A stretch of 64,000 nt of DNA from Phaeosaccion multiseriatum (GCA_965112735.1 OZ218958.1:1426001-1490000), one strand, 5' to 3'. Positions 22,274 to 35,742 are shown, counted from the first letter of the stretch. The notes: generated by a model not told the origin, from the letters alone. A program made the numbers and translations.

Positions 22274-22817
22274 CTACTCGTCGTCCAGCACGGGGTAGGA
22301 AGGCTGCATGAGAATGCCGCACTGCCCGCCGGACACGTTCTTTCCTCGTTCGAGGAAGATGTATCCCTCGGAGCCCCAGGCACCGCCCCACGAGTTCTTG
22401 ACCTGATGAGAGAAGAGGGGGAGAGGGGGAGGGAGAGGGAGAGGGAGAGGGAGAGGGAGGGGGGGGGGGGGGGGGGTGAGTGAAAGAGACTGCAGGGAGA
22501 GAAGAGAGAGAGAGAGAGACAGACAGAGAGAGAGGCGGGGGAAAGGAAGGGTGGGATGGTGGAGAGGAGGAAAGAGGATAGTTGATAATTGGGGGGTACT
22601 CATACAATCACGTCTTTACTCGCTGGTTTCTTTTCCATCTTACCTTCCAGTAGTCCACGCCTGCCACGGCACGGGTAGGGAGGGTCCAGCAAGGAGCAAG
22701 AGGAGTCGGTCAGAGGGTCCAGCAAGAGGAGTCAGTCCAGCAGTCCAAGCAACGAGACACAAGTCGCAGGCGAGGGCAGCAGCAGAAAGAGGGGGGGGGG
22801 CCGGTTAGAGTCACGGC

Positions 22818-22855
<38 letters not shown>

Positions 22856-23978
22856 ACAACAACGACAGCGACAACAACAAATACCCGCATAGCAGATGCT
22901 CCAAAGTGACGGCGCATACATCACTTCGCTTCACTTAACTTCACCCAAGCAGACAGACAGAGGCAACAAATCATGATTCATCTCAGCTACCTCGGCCCCC
23001 TGCCCCCTCACCTGTCTCGGCGTCGGTTCCGTAGCCCACGAGCAGTACTCCATGGTCCAAGTTCATTCCGCAGTCGCCCGTCATAACTCCACCGGCGTAG
23101 AACTGGAACGCCATCTGGTCGGCCTCAATGGCAATGCTCACCGGCTGCTGCGCCACCGCCTCCATCAGCGCCTCCTCCGACGCCTCCACATCCACCCACG
23201 ACGCCACAGAGGTCCCGGGCACCGGCTTGCACGTGCTCTTGGCGCAAATGCCGCCCGTGGCCGTGTACGGGTAGTCCGCCTCCTCGCAAATGCCCTTGTT
23301 CTGCTGAATCCAGTGGAAGGAGTAGTCCATGAGGCCTCCGTTGCAGCCCGAGTCGTACGTGTCGCAGTCCACCAACTCCTGCTCCGAGAAGGACTTAAGT
23401 GCGTTGTGCTTGAGGTAGAAGGCGCCCTCCATGGACCCCGTCGTGGAGAAGCTCCAGCACGACCCACACGAGCCCTGGTCCTTCACTTCCGTCACTGCGC
23501 CCTCCTTGACCCAGTCCACCTCCGCGGGGAGGTCCGCCTTGCTGGCCATGCGCCTCGCCTGTGCGACGCCTCCAGTGGGCCCCACTGTTGTTTGTGCGTA
23601 GTGAATGGGTGTGGCTGGCTCCTGCAAGAGCATTACCCCAATGCCCTTGTCCTGCTTGAACTCGTCCCAGGTAAGGTGCGAGTAGGCGTTGTGCCCCATG
23701 GTGAAGGTGTGCTCGCTGTTGTCGAAGGCCTCGTTATGTGCGTTGATGAGGTCATCAGAGTCAGCGAACACCTGCAGCCTATGCACAAACTCCTGCCCGT
23801 CGGCGAAGGTAATGCCGTACTCGGCCATCCAGTCGTAAAAGTGGGCCTCGTAGTACTCGCGCGGGTGCACGTTGTGGCCAAAGCCACTGCTTCGGGTGCT
23901 TCCCTTAGGGACGCTAACGTTGGAGGAGGAGGCCATTGCCGTGCCCACCAGCAGGGCGGCGAGGAGAGAAAGCTTCAT
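22274..23978 (-). CDS. Cathepsin L-like papain-family (C1A) cysteine protease with signal peptide and I29 prodomain (exons 23978-23012, 22660-22644, 22402-22274)
   Basis: Signal peptide [12 protein letters not shown]; [14 protein letters not shown] (catalytic Cys), [11 protein letters not shown] (His), 17-nt micro-exon GVDYWK, then VKNSWG (Asn) and [10 protein letters not shown]. Confidence 0.95.
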
Positions 23979-24750
23979 CGCTGTCTCTTACGGGTACGTA
24001 CGATTTGCAAGTCGGGTATCAGCTGCTGTGGACATTCCGGAGGGCGTACAAAGGGGGGGAGAGGGCATGACGAAGAAACAGCAGAGTTGGGGGCGGGGAA
24101 GAGACGCGTGGTGAGGTACAGCATCCGGGAGTTTTGTCGGTCCTTTCTCAAAGAGGACAGGCGAAAGAAGGATTCCCCAAGGCCCGCCCGCGGCAAGACC
24201 CTCGTGCAAGCAGCATGAAGTACACAGAGGGGGGTGATTCACTGCACTTTCAAGCTCAGATGGGGGAGAAGAGGCGTGGGGGGAAGGCAGGATGCCAGGT
24301 ATGCGCCGGAGGAGCGGGGCAGAGGGTCATTCCAAGTCGGCGGGCCGGCCCCAACTACCAAAGCAAAGCCGCGCAACAGCAGCGACCGGGCTCACAGCAT
24401 CGTCCGCAACGTCTACGATCAAGCATAACTCCTCCATACATCCGCCCTCACCTCTCTCCTTTTCTCTGTCCGTCTTCGTGTCTGACTCTATCGGAGCTCG
24501 TTTTGTCAAGAGAAAGGACCCCTCGGGTTCGTGACCATGCAGTGCCATCCTTCAAGTGGGGTCCTTGTTGTACATGTATACAACCTTTTTTTATTTTGTG
24601 AGTGCTCTGCGCCTATCCCTCAGCTCCTCTGACTCTAGCTCTACGCCGTGTTGAGGAAGTGCGACCTTTGAAAGGCGCGGGAGGGAATTCGAAAATGTAG
24701 CCTAGCGACAGGATATTTGTTTGTCAGCACCACTAGTCACCACAGTCACC

Positions 24751-27700
24751 ATGGCGCCCACGACACCCCACACGCCTCGTTCGATCATGATCCGAGAGAG
24801 CAGCCTGACCATGGAGTTGTACAGTGAGGCCAAGTTGGTGGGGCCGGAGAAGGGCAAGATGTTCAATGCGCAGTTCGATGCAGACAGCGTTGTGCTGTAC
24901 AGGCCGTGCTGTGAGCACCTGGGGCCGAAAGGTGAGCAAGCGAAGTGGATGGGCTTGGTCTGGTTGCTGTTTTTGTTTGAAATAAAGTGCCCTTGCTCAT
25001 CTCTGCTTGTCCCCCCCCACCTTCCTTCTCTCTCAGCTGCGAGGACTGGAAACTTTGAAGGCGTGTCTTGCTATGAGAAGGACAGCGAGCGAATGATGTT
25101 CTTCTACTGCTCCTTCCTCACAGGTGGGTTTGCTCGGGTAGCTCTGTATGAAATGATAACGCCTTGCTGCTATCAGTGGGGGTGATAACGCCTTGGTGCT
25201 ATCAGTGCTCTGCCTTGTTGCTAGTCATAATCAGTACACACCCCTCCCTCCCCCTTCCTTTGCTCAGCCATGCGCCGCTCTGAGTGGGGCCTCAAGGCAG
25301 AAGTCGGGGTGAGTACTCGTCATCAGAGTGGTGGTTATTTCTCTCCGTTCAAGTGTGTTACCTTTCACTCTTGCTCTGCTGCTCATCTCTGCTTGCCCCC
25401 CTGCCTGTCCAACTCACCTCCGCTGACCCCCATCCATCCATCCATATGTCCATATGACTACTCCCGCCGTACTCTCGCTCTCTCTCGCGTCGCGTAGCAT
25501 GTTCTTGCCATTCGGGTGAAGCGCTCCTTCCTCGACGATGCTCTGGCGGTGGCTGTGTGCTCCGACACGGACGCCACTCGCTCGGGTCAGAAGGTGCGGA
25601 GAAGGCGCGGAGGAGGAGGAGGAGGAGAAGGGGTTAGAATCAAACGCCTCATTCCCCTCTCCCAGCCCACTCCTGCGTCCCCCCTTCTCTCTCTTTCTTG
25701 GCCTTAGTCCTTGTTTGCGTCACGTCACGGCACTCACGGCACACACTCCGCCGCCCACCCCACCGCCCCTCCCTCCCCCCTCGCCTCTCTCTGCCCCTGT
25801 TTCTGTCCCTGCCTCTTCATCCCTACGTACCTACCTACCTACCTACCTACCTACCTACCTACCTACCTACCTGCCTGCCTGCCTACACACACACACACAT
25901 ACACAGTGCAGCGCCGGTGTGCGCCTTCACTGGGTGCCAGATCGCCTCCCTTCCGGAGAGAAGCACCAAGCGCGCTATGGAGCCGTGCTGGGCTTCAAGG
26001 CCGAGTGGCTGAGGCGTATCGGCAGCGGTGCAGACGTTATTAGCATCGAGCTGCTCGACGATCTGCTGGAAGGGGCGAGGGATGTGCTGACGGGGGAGTA
26101 TCCCGAGGCTATTCTTGTGCCCAAGGAAAGAGTGCTGGATCCAGACCATTTGGACGCAGAACAGCTTCGGAGGCTTGACATCGTCAGGGAGAAGGACCTT
26201 AAGCCGCTCAAGATTTTGTGCCTACATGGCTGGAAGCAGAATGCCCAGGTGAGATTTGGATGAAGGGATGGCAAGGCAAGGCGAGGCGAGGCGAGGCAAG
26301 GGAAGGCAAGGCAAGGGAAGGGAGGGCGAGGTGGAAGTCCTCCCCTCTTTGTTCAGAGTACAAAGAATCTCTTCTCTCTAAACGTCTCCCTTTTCCTTCT
26401 CTCTCCCTCTCTCTGTCCCCCCCCCCCCCCCGCACCACCACCAAAAGATCTTCCTCTTCCGCACCAGACACCTCCGACGGAAGCTTCAGGACATCGCCGA
26501 GCTCACATTTGTCGACGCTCCCCACCTCTTGGACCCGCATGACCAATGTCCGAACGGCGATTGTCATCAGGGAGTAGGAGGAGGAGGAGGAGGAGGAGGA
26601 GGAGGAGTGGGGACGGTGACCACCATGTCTAGTCGCGCACCGGCTTCATCCCCTCCGTCCGCGACGTTCGGACCCCGGCCTTCCCCACCCTCACCGCCTC
26701 AATTGCCGTTAGCGATACCAATGGCAGGAGGAGGAGGAGGAGGAGGAGGAGGAGGAGGAGGAGGAGGAGGAGGAGGAGGAGGATCAGGAGGAGGAGGAAG
26801 AGGAGGAGGAGGAGGAGGAGGAGGAGGAGGGGGAGGGGGAGGGGGAGGAGGACGTGTAGGCGAAAGCGAGGGTTTGGGCGACGGCGTGGATGTTGGTGGT
26901 GGAGTCGGGGGTGGGGAGGAAGGGAGTAGGAACATTCGCATCACCACGGGAGCATCCGCATCATCATCATCACCATCATCATCATCGTCATCATTCTTCG
27001 ACTCTCTCAACAGGCTCCATTTGAAGGAAAAGGGTGGAGAGGACGAGGAGGAGGAGGACGAGGAGGAGGAGGAGCACGACGGTAGCAACGTCAGCAGTGG
27101 CATTGGTGATGCTCTTGGTGGTGGTGGCCGCCACGCCGTCGCCAGCCAAAGCTGTAGTCCACTTCCCCGCCGAAGCACTCGGGGGGGAAAGGATTGGCGG
27201 AGGAGCCCCACCCATCCCAACAGGAGCAACCGCTCCCACAAGTCTCCTCGAGGTGAGGGTGGCGAGGGTGGTGGTGGTGCTACGACGTCGCGTGGCAAAG
27301 GGTTGGTGGAGCTAACAGCGGCACCAACGACAAAGGGCAGGTCTGCCAGTGGCCCGAATCTTCTTCAGGGGCATGCTCTCTCTCTGAGCAGCAGCGACAG
27401 AGGCCCTGGCTCTGCTTCTTTTTGTCCGAGTGTAGCAAGTCTTGGCTCAAGTACTGCCGGGGGGGATGCTGCTGATGTTGATGACGGTGCAGCAGCAGGA
27501 GGAGGAGGAGGAGGAGGAGGAGGAGGAGGAGGCTGTGGGACGATTCGAAAGTACAGCGAGGCTGCCGCCACCGCCGCAGAGCAGTTGAGGTGTCGGCCTT
27601 TCAACTGTTGCCCGGCATTGGGCGGCGGCAGTAGCAGCGGCACTGGCGGAGGCGATGCTTTTGGTGGTAACGAGGCACATAGTCCGTTACGTAAGACGAC

Positions 27701-28216
27701 CGCCCCATATAGCGCTCCCACTCCCACATCATCATCTTCGGGGCAGCAGGAGCAGGGGCGGGGGGCGGGCGGCGAAGCTTCTTCTTCGTACGCCTACGGC
27801 TTTGGTCGAGGGACCAACGATGATGGCAACCACAACAGCGGCGACCCCCACAACAACCACAACCACAACCACAGCACCAGCGCACGCCCTCACGCCGGTA
27901 GTAGCGACGATCCACATGTGTTTGTGGCCGGCAGCGGCAGCCCCAAGACCAAGAGGCTGGACAAGCGAGAGCGCACATGGTGGTACTTCGAGGAGGAGAA
28001 CCGTCGCCAGCTGGAGCCGTATAAGGACGAGCACTCGTGCCGCATGCTGGGGCTGGAGGAGAGTCTGCGCTACCTGGAGGGCGTGTGGAATGAAAGGGGC
28101 CCCTTCGACGGCATTCTGGGCATGGCGCAGGGGGCCTGTTTGGCAAGTCTCTTCTACCACTGCGCTACCGCCCACTCCCCTGCTGCTTCTGCTGCTCCTG
28201 CTGGTGATGGTGATGA

Positions 28217-28250
<34 letters not shown>

Positions 28251-28745
28251 GGTGGTGGTGATGATGATGGCGGTGGTGGTGGTGGTAGCGGTAGGGGCAG
28301 CAGCAGCAGCGACGGCGGCGGCAGTGCCATTGCCAATGACAATGCCAACAACAGCAACAGCAGCAGCGGCAACAGCAGCAGCAGCAGCAGCAGCGAGGAG
28401 CTGCGACTGCATCTACAGCACCCTCCTCCTCGCTTCGCCATCATGGTGGCTGGGTTCTGCCATCCTTACCCTACGCAGCTCCCTTCCTACCCCAGGACAG
28501 ACCTTCAGTACCCTCTCGACACATTCCATGTGTGGACGGTGGACGACCCTTGGGTGCCGATGAAGAAAGCTCAGCGCCTGGCGGGGTTGTACAGAGGGGC
28601 GACGGTGTTGATGCACGATGACAAAGGGAAGCATTGTGTGCCGCAGAAGAGAGCGGATATTGCCATGTTTCGGCGCTTCGTGGAGAGGTACCATTGGACA
28701 GCACGAGAAGACAATGGGCTGGATGGGAGTGGGGAAGAGGGATAG
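24751..28745 (+). CDS. Fusion of a divergent DUF4291-like domain and an FSH1/OVCA2-type serine-hydrolase-fold domain with long low-complexity inserts; 6 exons
   Basis: Spliced N-terminus FNAQFDADSVVLYRP...RMMFFYCSFLT|AMRRSEWGLKAEVG|HVLAIRVKRSFLD...VRLHWVPDRLPSG...VISIE...VPKERV follows the DUF4291 motif order; then LKILCLHGWKQNAQ|IF...TFVDAPH, RTWW, GLEESLRYL, GPFDGILGMAQGA, FHVWTVDDPWVP, KHCVP match FSH1. Confidence 0.75.
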
Positions 28746-29013
28746 GGATAGGGGAGAGGAGAGGAGAGGAGGGGAAGGAAGAGGTAAGTAGTACATACCT
28801 CTTGCTGTCTTCTTCTCTGACTCTTTTGAGGCAACGTGGGATGGGGTGGTGTGGGGAAGGGAGGAAAAGACATGCCCTCTTTCGAGTAGTTGAGTCTCGT
28901 TCTCCCCCTTGGGAAGTACATACATATGTGTAGATACAACGTTCTTGGACTTACACAACTAGGTACTGACAGTGCTTATTTACAAACAAATCAGGAAAAG
29001 AGCCTTCACTCAT

Positions 29014-30205
29014 TCATCCGAAGAAGCGCCGGATGTCCACCCTCTCTTTGCGCCTTCGCTTGGCGGTGCCCAGCACAGCTCCCCTTGCTGCTGTTGCTGC
29101 TGCTGATGCTTCTGCTGCTGATGCTTCTGCTGCTGATGCTGTTGGTGCTACAGAGGCGCCCCGCCCGGGAGAGCGAGAGTCACCGTTGGCATAGGCCCTG
29201 AGCAACTCGTTTTGTAGGTCGAGAGGTAGCGCAGCAAGGAAGGAGGGGTCCAGGCGAGGAGGGGTGTGCGGAGGGGGCTCAGCCTCGGCCACGGAAGGAA
29301 ATCGGGTTCCTTCTTCTCGCTGCGATCCCCGGCTTTGCACTAATCCTGCCCCTTGTTGGCCCTTCTGCCTCTCCCGCCGACCGCCCTCTATGTCCCCCTC
29401 CTCGTCCTCCCGCCGCCGCCGCCGCTGCTGCTGCTGCTGCTGCTGCCGCTGCTGCTGTTTCACCAACTGCTGCTGGTGTTGTTGCCTGTGAAACGCTTGG
29501 TGCATGTCCACATCCTCCGGCTCGATGAGCAAAGAACATTCTTCACACCGATGGTAGCATGTCTCTCGCTCCTCCTCTTCTTCTCCACGAGAGCTCCCCT
29601 CCGTTCCCCAACCTTCTTCCCCTGACACCTCGTCTCTTGCAAGTGGCTCTTCCCCTATCTCCTCTCCCATCAGCCTGCCACCCTCCACCTCCTCCTTCTC
29701 CTCCTCCTCCTCCCCCTCCTCCTCCTCCTCCTCCTCCTCCTCCTCCTGCCTAAGCTCATCCTCCTTACCCTCTTGCGGCCCAAAGCCGTGTGCATGAGCT
29801 GCAGAAAGAGAAAGCGCGGCACCCAGGAGGGGTTTCGAGGCCCCTCTACTCGGAACTTTTGGGGGAGTGCTGCTGTTAATGCTGTTGCTGCTGCTACCGC
29901 TGCTGCTGCTGCTTTGAAGAAAAGCGCCTATACTACTTTGCTTGCCACCCTTTCCCATCGGTGTGAATTTATCGACCGCGATGTTCAGCAGCGTGATATC
30001 GAACCTCCTGTCGGCCGATGGGTACATCTGTGGAGAGAGGGTGGGGGGAGGGAAGGTTGCGGGCAGCAAAAGGGAATCGATCAATCCCTGAGACAGCGAA
30101 GACAAATGGGGGATGGCAGTGGACGGGCGGGGAGCTGCACACAGCTCCACGCCAGATTGGAAGCTCTGCCAGCGCATCGATATCGGTTCTCGATATCAAG
30201 CGCGA

Positions 30206-30262
<57 letters not shown>

Positions 30263-30602
30263 GTCCCCTACCTTAGCGAAGAGCGCCATCGCCAGTGGCA
30301 CTACTCTGGACAAAGCGTCGGCTTGGGCGGCTGCAGACAGGTCGCCAGCAAACACGCCTGAGGGGCAGGGGGGGGCGAAGGCAGGAGGAGAGTGAGGGAT
30401 AAGTCAAAGAAAGTACAGGGGATGAGCTTGGGGCGGCTGCGGCGTTGCGGGGGTACGGGGGGAAACGGGAGCCACCAAAGCTCTCGCGCACAGAGACAGA
30501 CGATCAAGCCCCCTCCCTCCTACGTCAATAAAAGCGTCCTCACCTTCTGGCAAGGCGCACTGCCTTGTTTCTCGACTCCCCTTCCTTCTCTTCCTCTGCT
30601 CG

Positions 30603-30648
<46 letters not shown>

Positions 30649-32366
30649 CTCTCATCTCACGGCTTTGCCGCACACCCAACCGCAGAACACGTGGGGCCTC
30701 CCCCTTCTTCTGCACTTGCTGCACGACCCTCGTGAGCAGTGCTCTGCCCAACCTAAGGACCTCCTCTTGGACCTTCGCCCGCGTAGTCACGGAGCCAGGA
30801 ATGAAGGAGTTCTCGTTACTCATGGTCTTGTACCCATCCTCCGAACATTTGATGGGGCTGTCATCGACGCCTCTGCACAGAGAGTACACCAGAAAAGCCG
30901 CCTTGCGATTGCCCTGAAAGCCCCTCACGAGCATCTCCCAAGGCACCTTTCGGACCTCTTTGGCAAGAAGAGGCGGAGCGTCACTGCTGTCGCTGCTGCT
31001 GCTTCTACTGCTGCCGATGATCTCGACCTCGCTCCCGAGTCCCTCCTTCAACTGCTTGACGGTTCTACTGCCAATCCCAGGAAGCTTACGTAAGGGCAAT
31101 TGCCCGACCAGAGCCTCAACCATCTGAGGCAGCAGTGTCGTCTGCTGATTGGGTTTGTTGATTTCCCCGGCAAGCTTGGCCGCCACTTTGCTGACAGACA
31201 CGCCGGCACAGCACTTCAACTGCAGTTGAGTCTGGACGGTGCTACGGATTCGCTGGGCAATGTGGGACGCCACGGCCAGTCTCTCCACACAGCCACAGCC
31301 ACAGAGCGAGGCCCCACCGTACATCACCTTGCCTCCTCCTCCTCCTCCTCCTCCTCCTCCTCCTCCTCCTCCTCCTCCTCCAGCTCCTGCTCCTGTTCCT
31401 GCTCCTGCTTCTGCGGCTGCTGCTTCCCTTGCGAGCAGCCCACCCCCTCCTTCTCCGCCTCGTGCTTGCGGTAGTGAGGCTATTGATGCAGATTCCGTGA
31501 GTTTCACCTCCATCCCGGTCTGCGTCTCCTTTAGTGTGCCTCCTCCCTGGTATAGATGCCCCGCAAACGCGCTCGATAGCTGCTGCTTATCTATACAAAT
31601 GGAGCCAGAGGTGGGTAGCCCCAGAGACTCTGCCAGTTTGTCCAGGGTGTCCGTCACATCCAACCACATTTCATCCATGCCGCACTTCTCCACCCCTTGG
31701 GAGCACAAGGAGGACACCAAATCGCGAAGCTCCTGCAGAAGGAGGAGGGGCGGCAAGACGAGGGTGGACAGGTTAAGCGAAGGGGATGAAGGGGGAGGGT
31801 AAAGTGAGAGTGAGGGGAGGGAGAGGGAGAGGGTCAGAGAAAGAGAGACAGAGGGACAGAGAGGGGGGAAGAGGAGGCGGAAATTCAGCCTCCAAGTGTG
31901 GCGATTCCTACCGGCTGTCCTGGTCCACTCACCTCCGACGCCTCCCGATAGGGCGTCAGATCTTCGCCGTTGACTACCACAAGACCCGGGCACAGCTTTC
32001 TGGCCTCTGCGAGGGGCATGAGCTTGTGCAGCCCCTGCTTCCGTGCGACGTAGTTGCACGTGACGAGTATGTTCTTCTGCGAGAGGAATACGATGGGCAC
32101 AATAACGTAGAACAGCTTCAGCCGTAGCAGCCTTTTCCAGAGGCACAACATGCATCCACTTTCCCACCCTCTCTCATCCACGGTTCTCTTTTATGCTTCC
32201 CAGAAGCAAGCAGTCACCTACTCACCTGCTGGATGCCCAGGGGCTTTTGTCGGAGGGAGGGGTTCCTCCTCTCCTCGACTGATGCGTAGAAGGCATCGAC
32301 GTCGAGGTGAATCAGGACTCGCGTGTGCCGCACTTCCAAGCGATCCAGCACCCCCTCGTCCCCCAT
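29014..32366 (-). CDS. POLI: Y-family translesion DNA polymerase iota with C-terminal UBZ-like and UBM motifs
   Basis: ATG at 32366: RVLIHLDVDAFYASVE...KPLGIQQ|KNILVTCNYVAR...VNGEDLTPYR..|..GMDEMWLDVT...CGCVERLAVASHIA...KLAGEINKPNQQTTL...LPGIGS; tail CEEC..HQAFH, LDPSFLAALPLDLQNEL, IRRFFG. Confidence 0.9.
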
Positions 32367-33896
32367 CTCCCGCTATTTATGTCCCTCTCCCCAATACATC
32401 CGTCCGGTGTCTTTCTCTCGCCGTCTCTCCCTCGTCCCTGTCTCGCTTCTCTCTCCTCTCTTATTTCTGTTGGCGGCAAACCAATTAAGAGAGGTGGGGC
32501 GCGCCCAAGGCCGTCCAGTGCCATCCCGGCAAGCCCATGAACATGAACTTGAAACTCACTCCGGTTCCTCTCCCTCCCCTTCAATGCACCACGCTTTTGA
32601 ATGGACAAATAGTGCATTAATATTATCATTGTGGAACGGAGAGTAAAGTCGGAATGGCGTGCGAAGTGTGGCGCTCCCGAAACGATCTTCTACCTAAGAT
32701 GTCTTGGCCCCACTTCCCACTTCTGCTGCTCCGCTCTGTCTCTCCTTCCCTTCCCTTCCCTTCCCTTCCCTTCGCCCTTCTTCCGCCCTTCCGTCCGTGG
32801 TGGAGCAAGTGTGTGGTGCCGAGTCAAGCAGACCAGCCTTTCCCCCCCCCCCTATTTTTCTTCGTGGTCCCGTCCCGTCCTACGGTAGGGTTACAAGAAA
32901 GGAGATGAAATGACGTCACGCCGTTCCCCCCCTCCGCCCCCCCGCCCCCAAACAGCGAGCAGCACTCTGTACATTGGTGCGCAACACGCGGTCACCAAGT
33001 CACTCCTGCCTGCTCTCTCTTCTCCATCAATGACTGTCTCCACAGCCAAACCCCCCAGCCAACCCCCCTCCTTCCTTTTCCCAATTATAACACCAACCAT
33101 TCCAAAAGTCTTGAGTGTCTGAGTGTGCATCGCACAGCCGGCATCACAGTGCAACCTGTGCCCTCAGACCTCTCTCCCTTCCCTTTAACCGAGCGACACC
33201 TTTCTAATCCTGATTTTTTAGGCCTCCCTACCCCCCCCCCCCCCCCGCCCCGCCTCTCCCTTCTGCTGCTCTACTCCAGCCTTTGTACCATAGACGGCAA
33301 AACTGCGGCCCACGCCACCCCCCCGTCCTTACTGAATCGCTGCAAGGGAGGGAGAGGAGAGCTGAAGTCAAGGAAGAGGAGAACGCAACAAGTTATGTAC
33401 TTCCCGCAGCCCCCCCGTTCTCTTTCTCTTGTTGCTTTCTCGTCTTCCTTTAACTTTCTCCTCTCCTCCCTCTCGTTTGTACTGCCCAATATAGTTTCCA
33501 CCACGGACGGCAAAACTGCGGGTGGAGGGCTGAGACAAATAAGAGTACCGCAGTCTATACCAGGCAGGTACGGAAATATTCACGCCCCCTTTCCTTTTCC
33601 GTACCTTGCAGACTTGCAGTACTCTACTTGTCTTCGCCCTCCCAACCCATTCCCCTTCCGTCTCTTTCCTGTCTCTCTCCACGAGCGACACGAAAGAGAC
33701 GGAGAAGGAAGCTGGCTGGTCATCACTCAGCCCTCTCGTTTCCTCTGCACCCCCCCCCCCCCCTTGCCTCTCCCCAGCTCACTCCCCTCTCGCCTCGCCT
33801 CCCTCCCATGGCGTACACCCCCTCTCTTGAGTGTGCCAACTCCACCAAACAAAACTTGCCTTGACACAGCAGGCCAGGCCGAAATGGCCGGAGCGA

Positions 33897-34625
33897 CTAG
33901 AAACCATGCATCACCTCGGCCCAACCCTTCACGACAGGAGGAACCTTCCCCGAAGTAGGAGTGGAAGGGGAAGGAGGGGTAGAAAGTGGTGAAGAAGAAA
34001 AGGGCGAAGAAGTGGATTCTTTCGCCGCAGGACTTGTGGGTCCAGCGGAGGTCCACAGGCCGTCCAAGTTCTCCATCGCCACCTGCCGCTCAAGGCACTT
34101 GCTCCGCTTCTTGGGGCCCATCAACAGCGCGGTGTGCACGTTGGAGAGGCACGGGTCGTATCCGTCCGTGTTCACGTGGTTTCCACCCCGCTTCAAGCTC
34201 TTGCTGCTCACGCTCGCCCCCATCTGCGGCTCCACCAGTCCCCCACGCGCCAGATGGCGAGGGGGGGAAACAAGGCCGCTGTCCATCTTGCTCGTGCTGT
34301 GGGCGGGGCCGTCGTCCCTCAGCGCCAAGGCAGAGAAGGGAACTGCTTTCTTTTTTGAGACCAGGACCAGCTCGGGAACGGGAGAGGCCAAGGCCCCCAG
34401 TCCCCGTTCACGCTCTGGTGCAGCTGGTGTAGTGGGAAGAGCAGCGCCAGCTTCCAAACCATCGCCCCATGGGGAGGCCTTTCCCTGCTCGTGCTGCGGG
34501 TCAGCCATCGTGTGGCTTGCGGAGAGCACTTTGCCGGCGGCCGATATTCGGGGATGGGAGGCCTCCTTCTCCTTCGCCTCCTTGGGTTCCTTGGGTTCCA
34601 TACTCTTCATAGACGCCACCTCCAA
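33897..34625 (-). CDS. Orphan intronless protein A (242 aa), paralog of 35743-36834
   Basis: ATG-initiated ORF sharing three motifs with the neighbouring ORF. Confidence 0.7.
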   Translation of the reverse strand: MEVASMKSMEPKEPKEAKEKEASHPRISAAGKVLSASHTMADPQHEQGKASPWGDGLEAGAALPTTPAAPERERGLGALASPVPELVLVSKKKAVPFSALALRDDGPAHSTSKMDSGLVSPPRHLARGGLVEPQMGASVSSKSLKRGGNHVNTDGYDPCLSNVHTALLMGPKKRSKCLERQVAMENLDGLWTSAGPTSPAAKESTSSPFSSSPLSTPPSPSTPTSGKVPPVVKGWAEVMHGF

Positions 34626-35742
34626 CCTCGCTCACCCCTAGCCAAGTCTTCCTTCCCTCCCTCCTCCCTCCCTCCCTCCCTCTCTCACCCGCGACTACCT
34701 CCAGGCTTTCGATCTTTTGTCGGAAACCTGGAAACCTGTGAATTGGAGGGAAATAAAAAGGGGCGGTTTTCACACAAAGCCACGTAAGCGTTCTTGCTGC
34801 TTGGCGTGCCGGCTGACGACGCAGCGATAATAGCGCATCAGAGGTCAGCCGGCTATGGCGAAAGCTCAATAGCGCATCAGGGGTCCAGCATGACACGTCT
34901 TTGTGGCAGCAGCACTGAGCAGTAGCAGCAGAGAAAGATGAGGAAGACCCAAAGTGCAAAAAATGTATTGTAACCCTTGCTGTTGACCTCCCTCCTCTAC
35001 TTGTACCGCTGCCCCGCTCGATACCCCCCGTACGAATCTTGACTCATACGGCGAGTCTTGGCCTCGCCCGATTTGCCTTTCTTGCGTCTCTGTTAGCACT
35101 CTATCCCTTCCCTCCCCCTCTCAAAAAATTAAATGAATAAAAAAAAAGTAGCAAATCCCCGCCCGTGGAAAAAAGTGTGGCACTGTCTCAAACAGTCCAC
35201 CCCCCCCCCCACGTCGCTTACTTGTATAAGAAAAATTGCGCCCCCTTCTTCCCCCTCCAAATCAAAAGCACTCCACCTCTGCTCTGCTCTGCCCTGTGCG
35301 TGTAAGAACATTGTTCCTCCGTCTGCCGGTGCCGAATCGGAAGGAGTGTTTTAACCTCCCCCACGGCTCTCGCCCCTCGCCTTCCCTTTCTTTGCCCTTT
35401 GCCTTTGCCCGTACCCTCCCACCCCCCCGGCCTTGATACGAGTCCCTCCAGAGGACTTCAGTATGTATCTGCCGCAGTCCCTCTTCCTGTGTACACTCTC
35501 CCGTCTTTTGTTGTTGCTGGTGTCTTTCTCTCCACGAAACCAAAGAGGCGGGAGGGGGAAGTTAAATCTCTCTGCTCCCTCCCCCTCGCCCCGCCCCTGC
35601 CTTCTCCTCTGCGTCCTCCCACCCCTCCCCACTTCACTCCCCCTTTCGCTTTGCTGGCTGCTGCTGCTTCACCGCCACACACTCTCTCTTCTCCTGAGTG
35701 TGCCGACTCCAGCAACACCGCATGCCTCGACGCACCTGGCGG

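Noticed and set aside
23052-24218. 388-aa plus-strand ORF
   Set aside because: Antisense shadow of the codon-biased cathepsin gene; no recognisable motifs.
32226-32366. Apparent frameshift or missing start of polymerase iota
   Set aside because: Careful reading gives an intact short first exon (MGDEGVLDRL...KPLGIQQ), below the ORF-track length cut-off.
33293-34880. Short direct repeats GACGGCAAAACTGCGG (33293, 33506) and AATAGCGCATCAG (34829, 34868) as regulatory sites or target-site duplications
   Set aside because: Only two copies each with no element features between them; compatible with local duplication.
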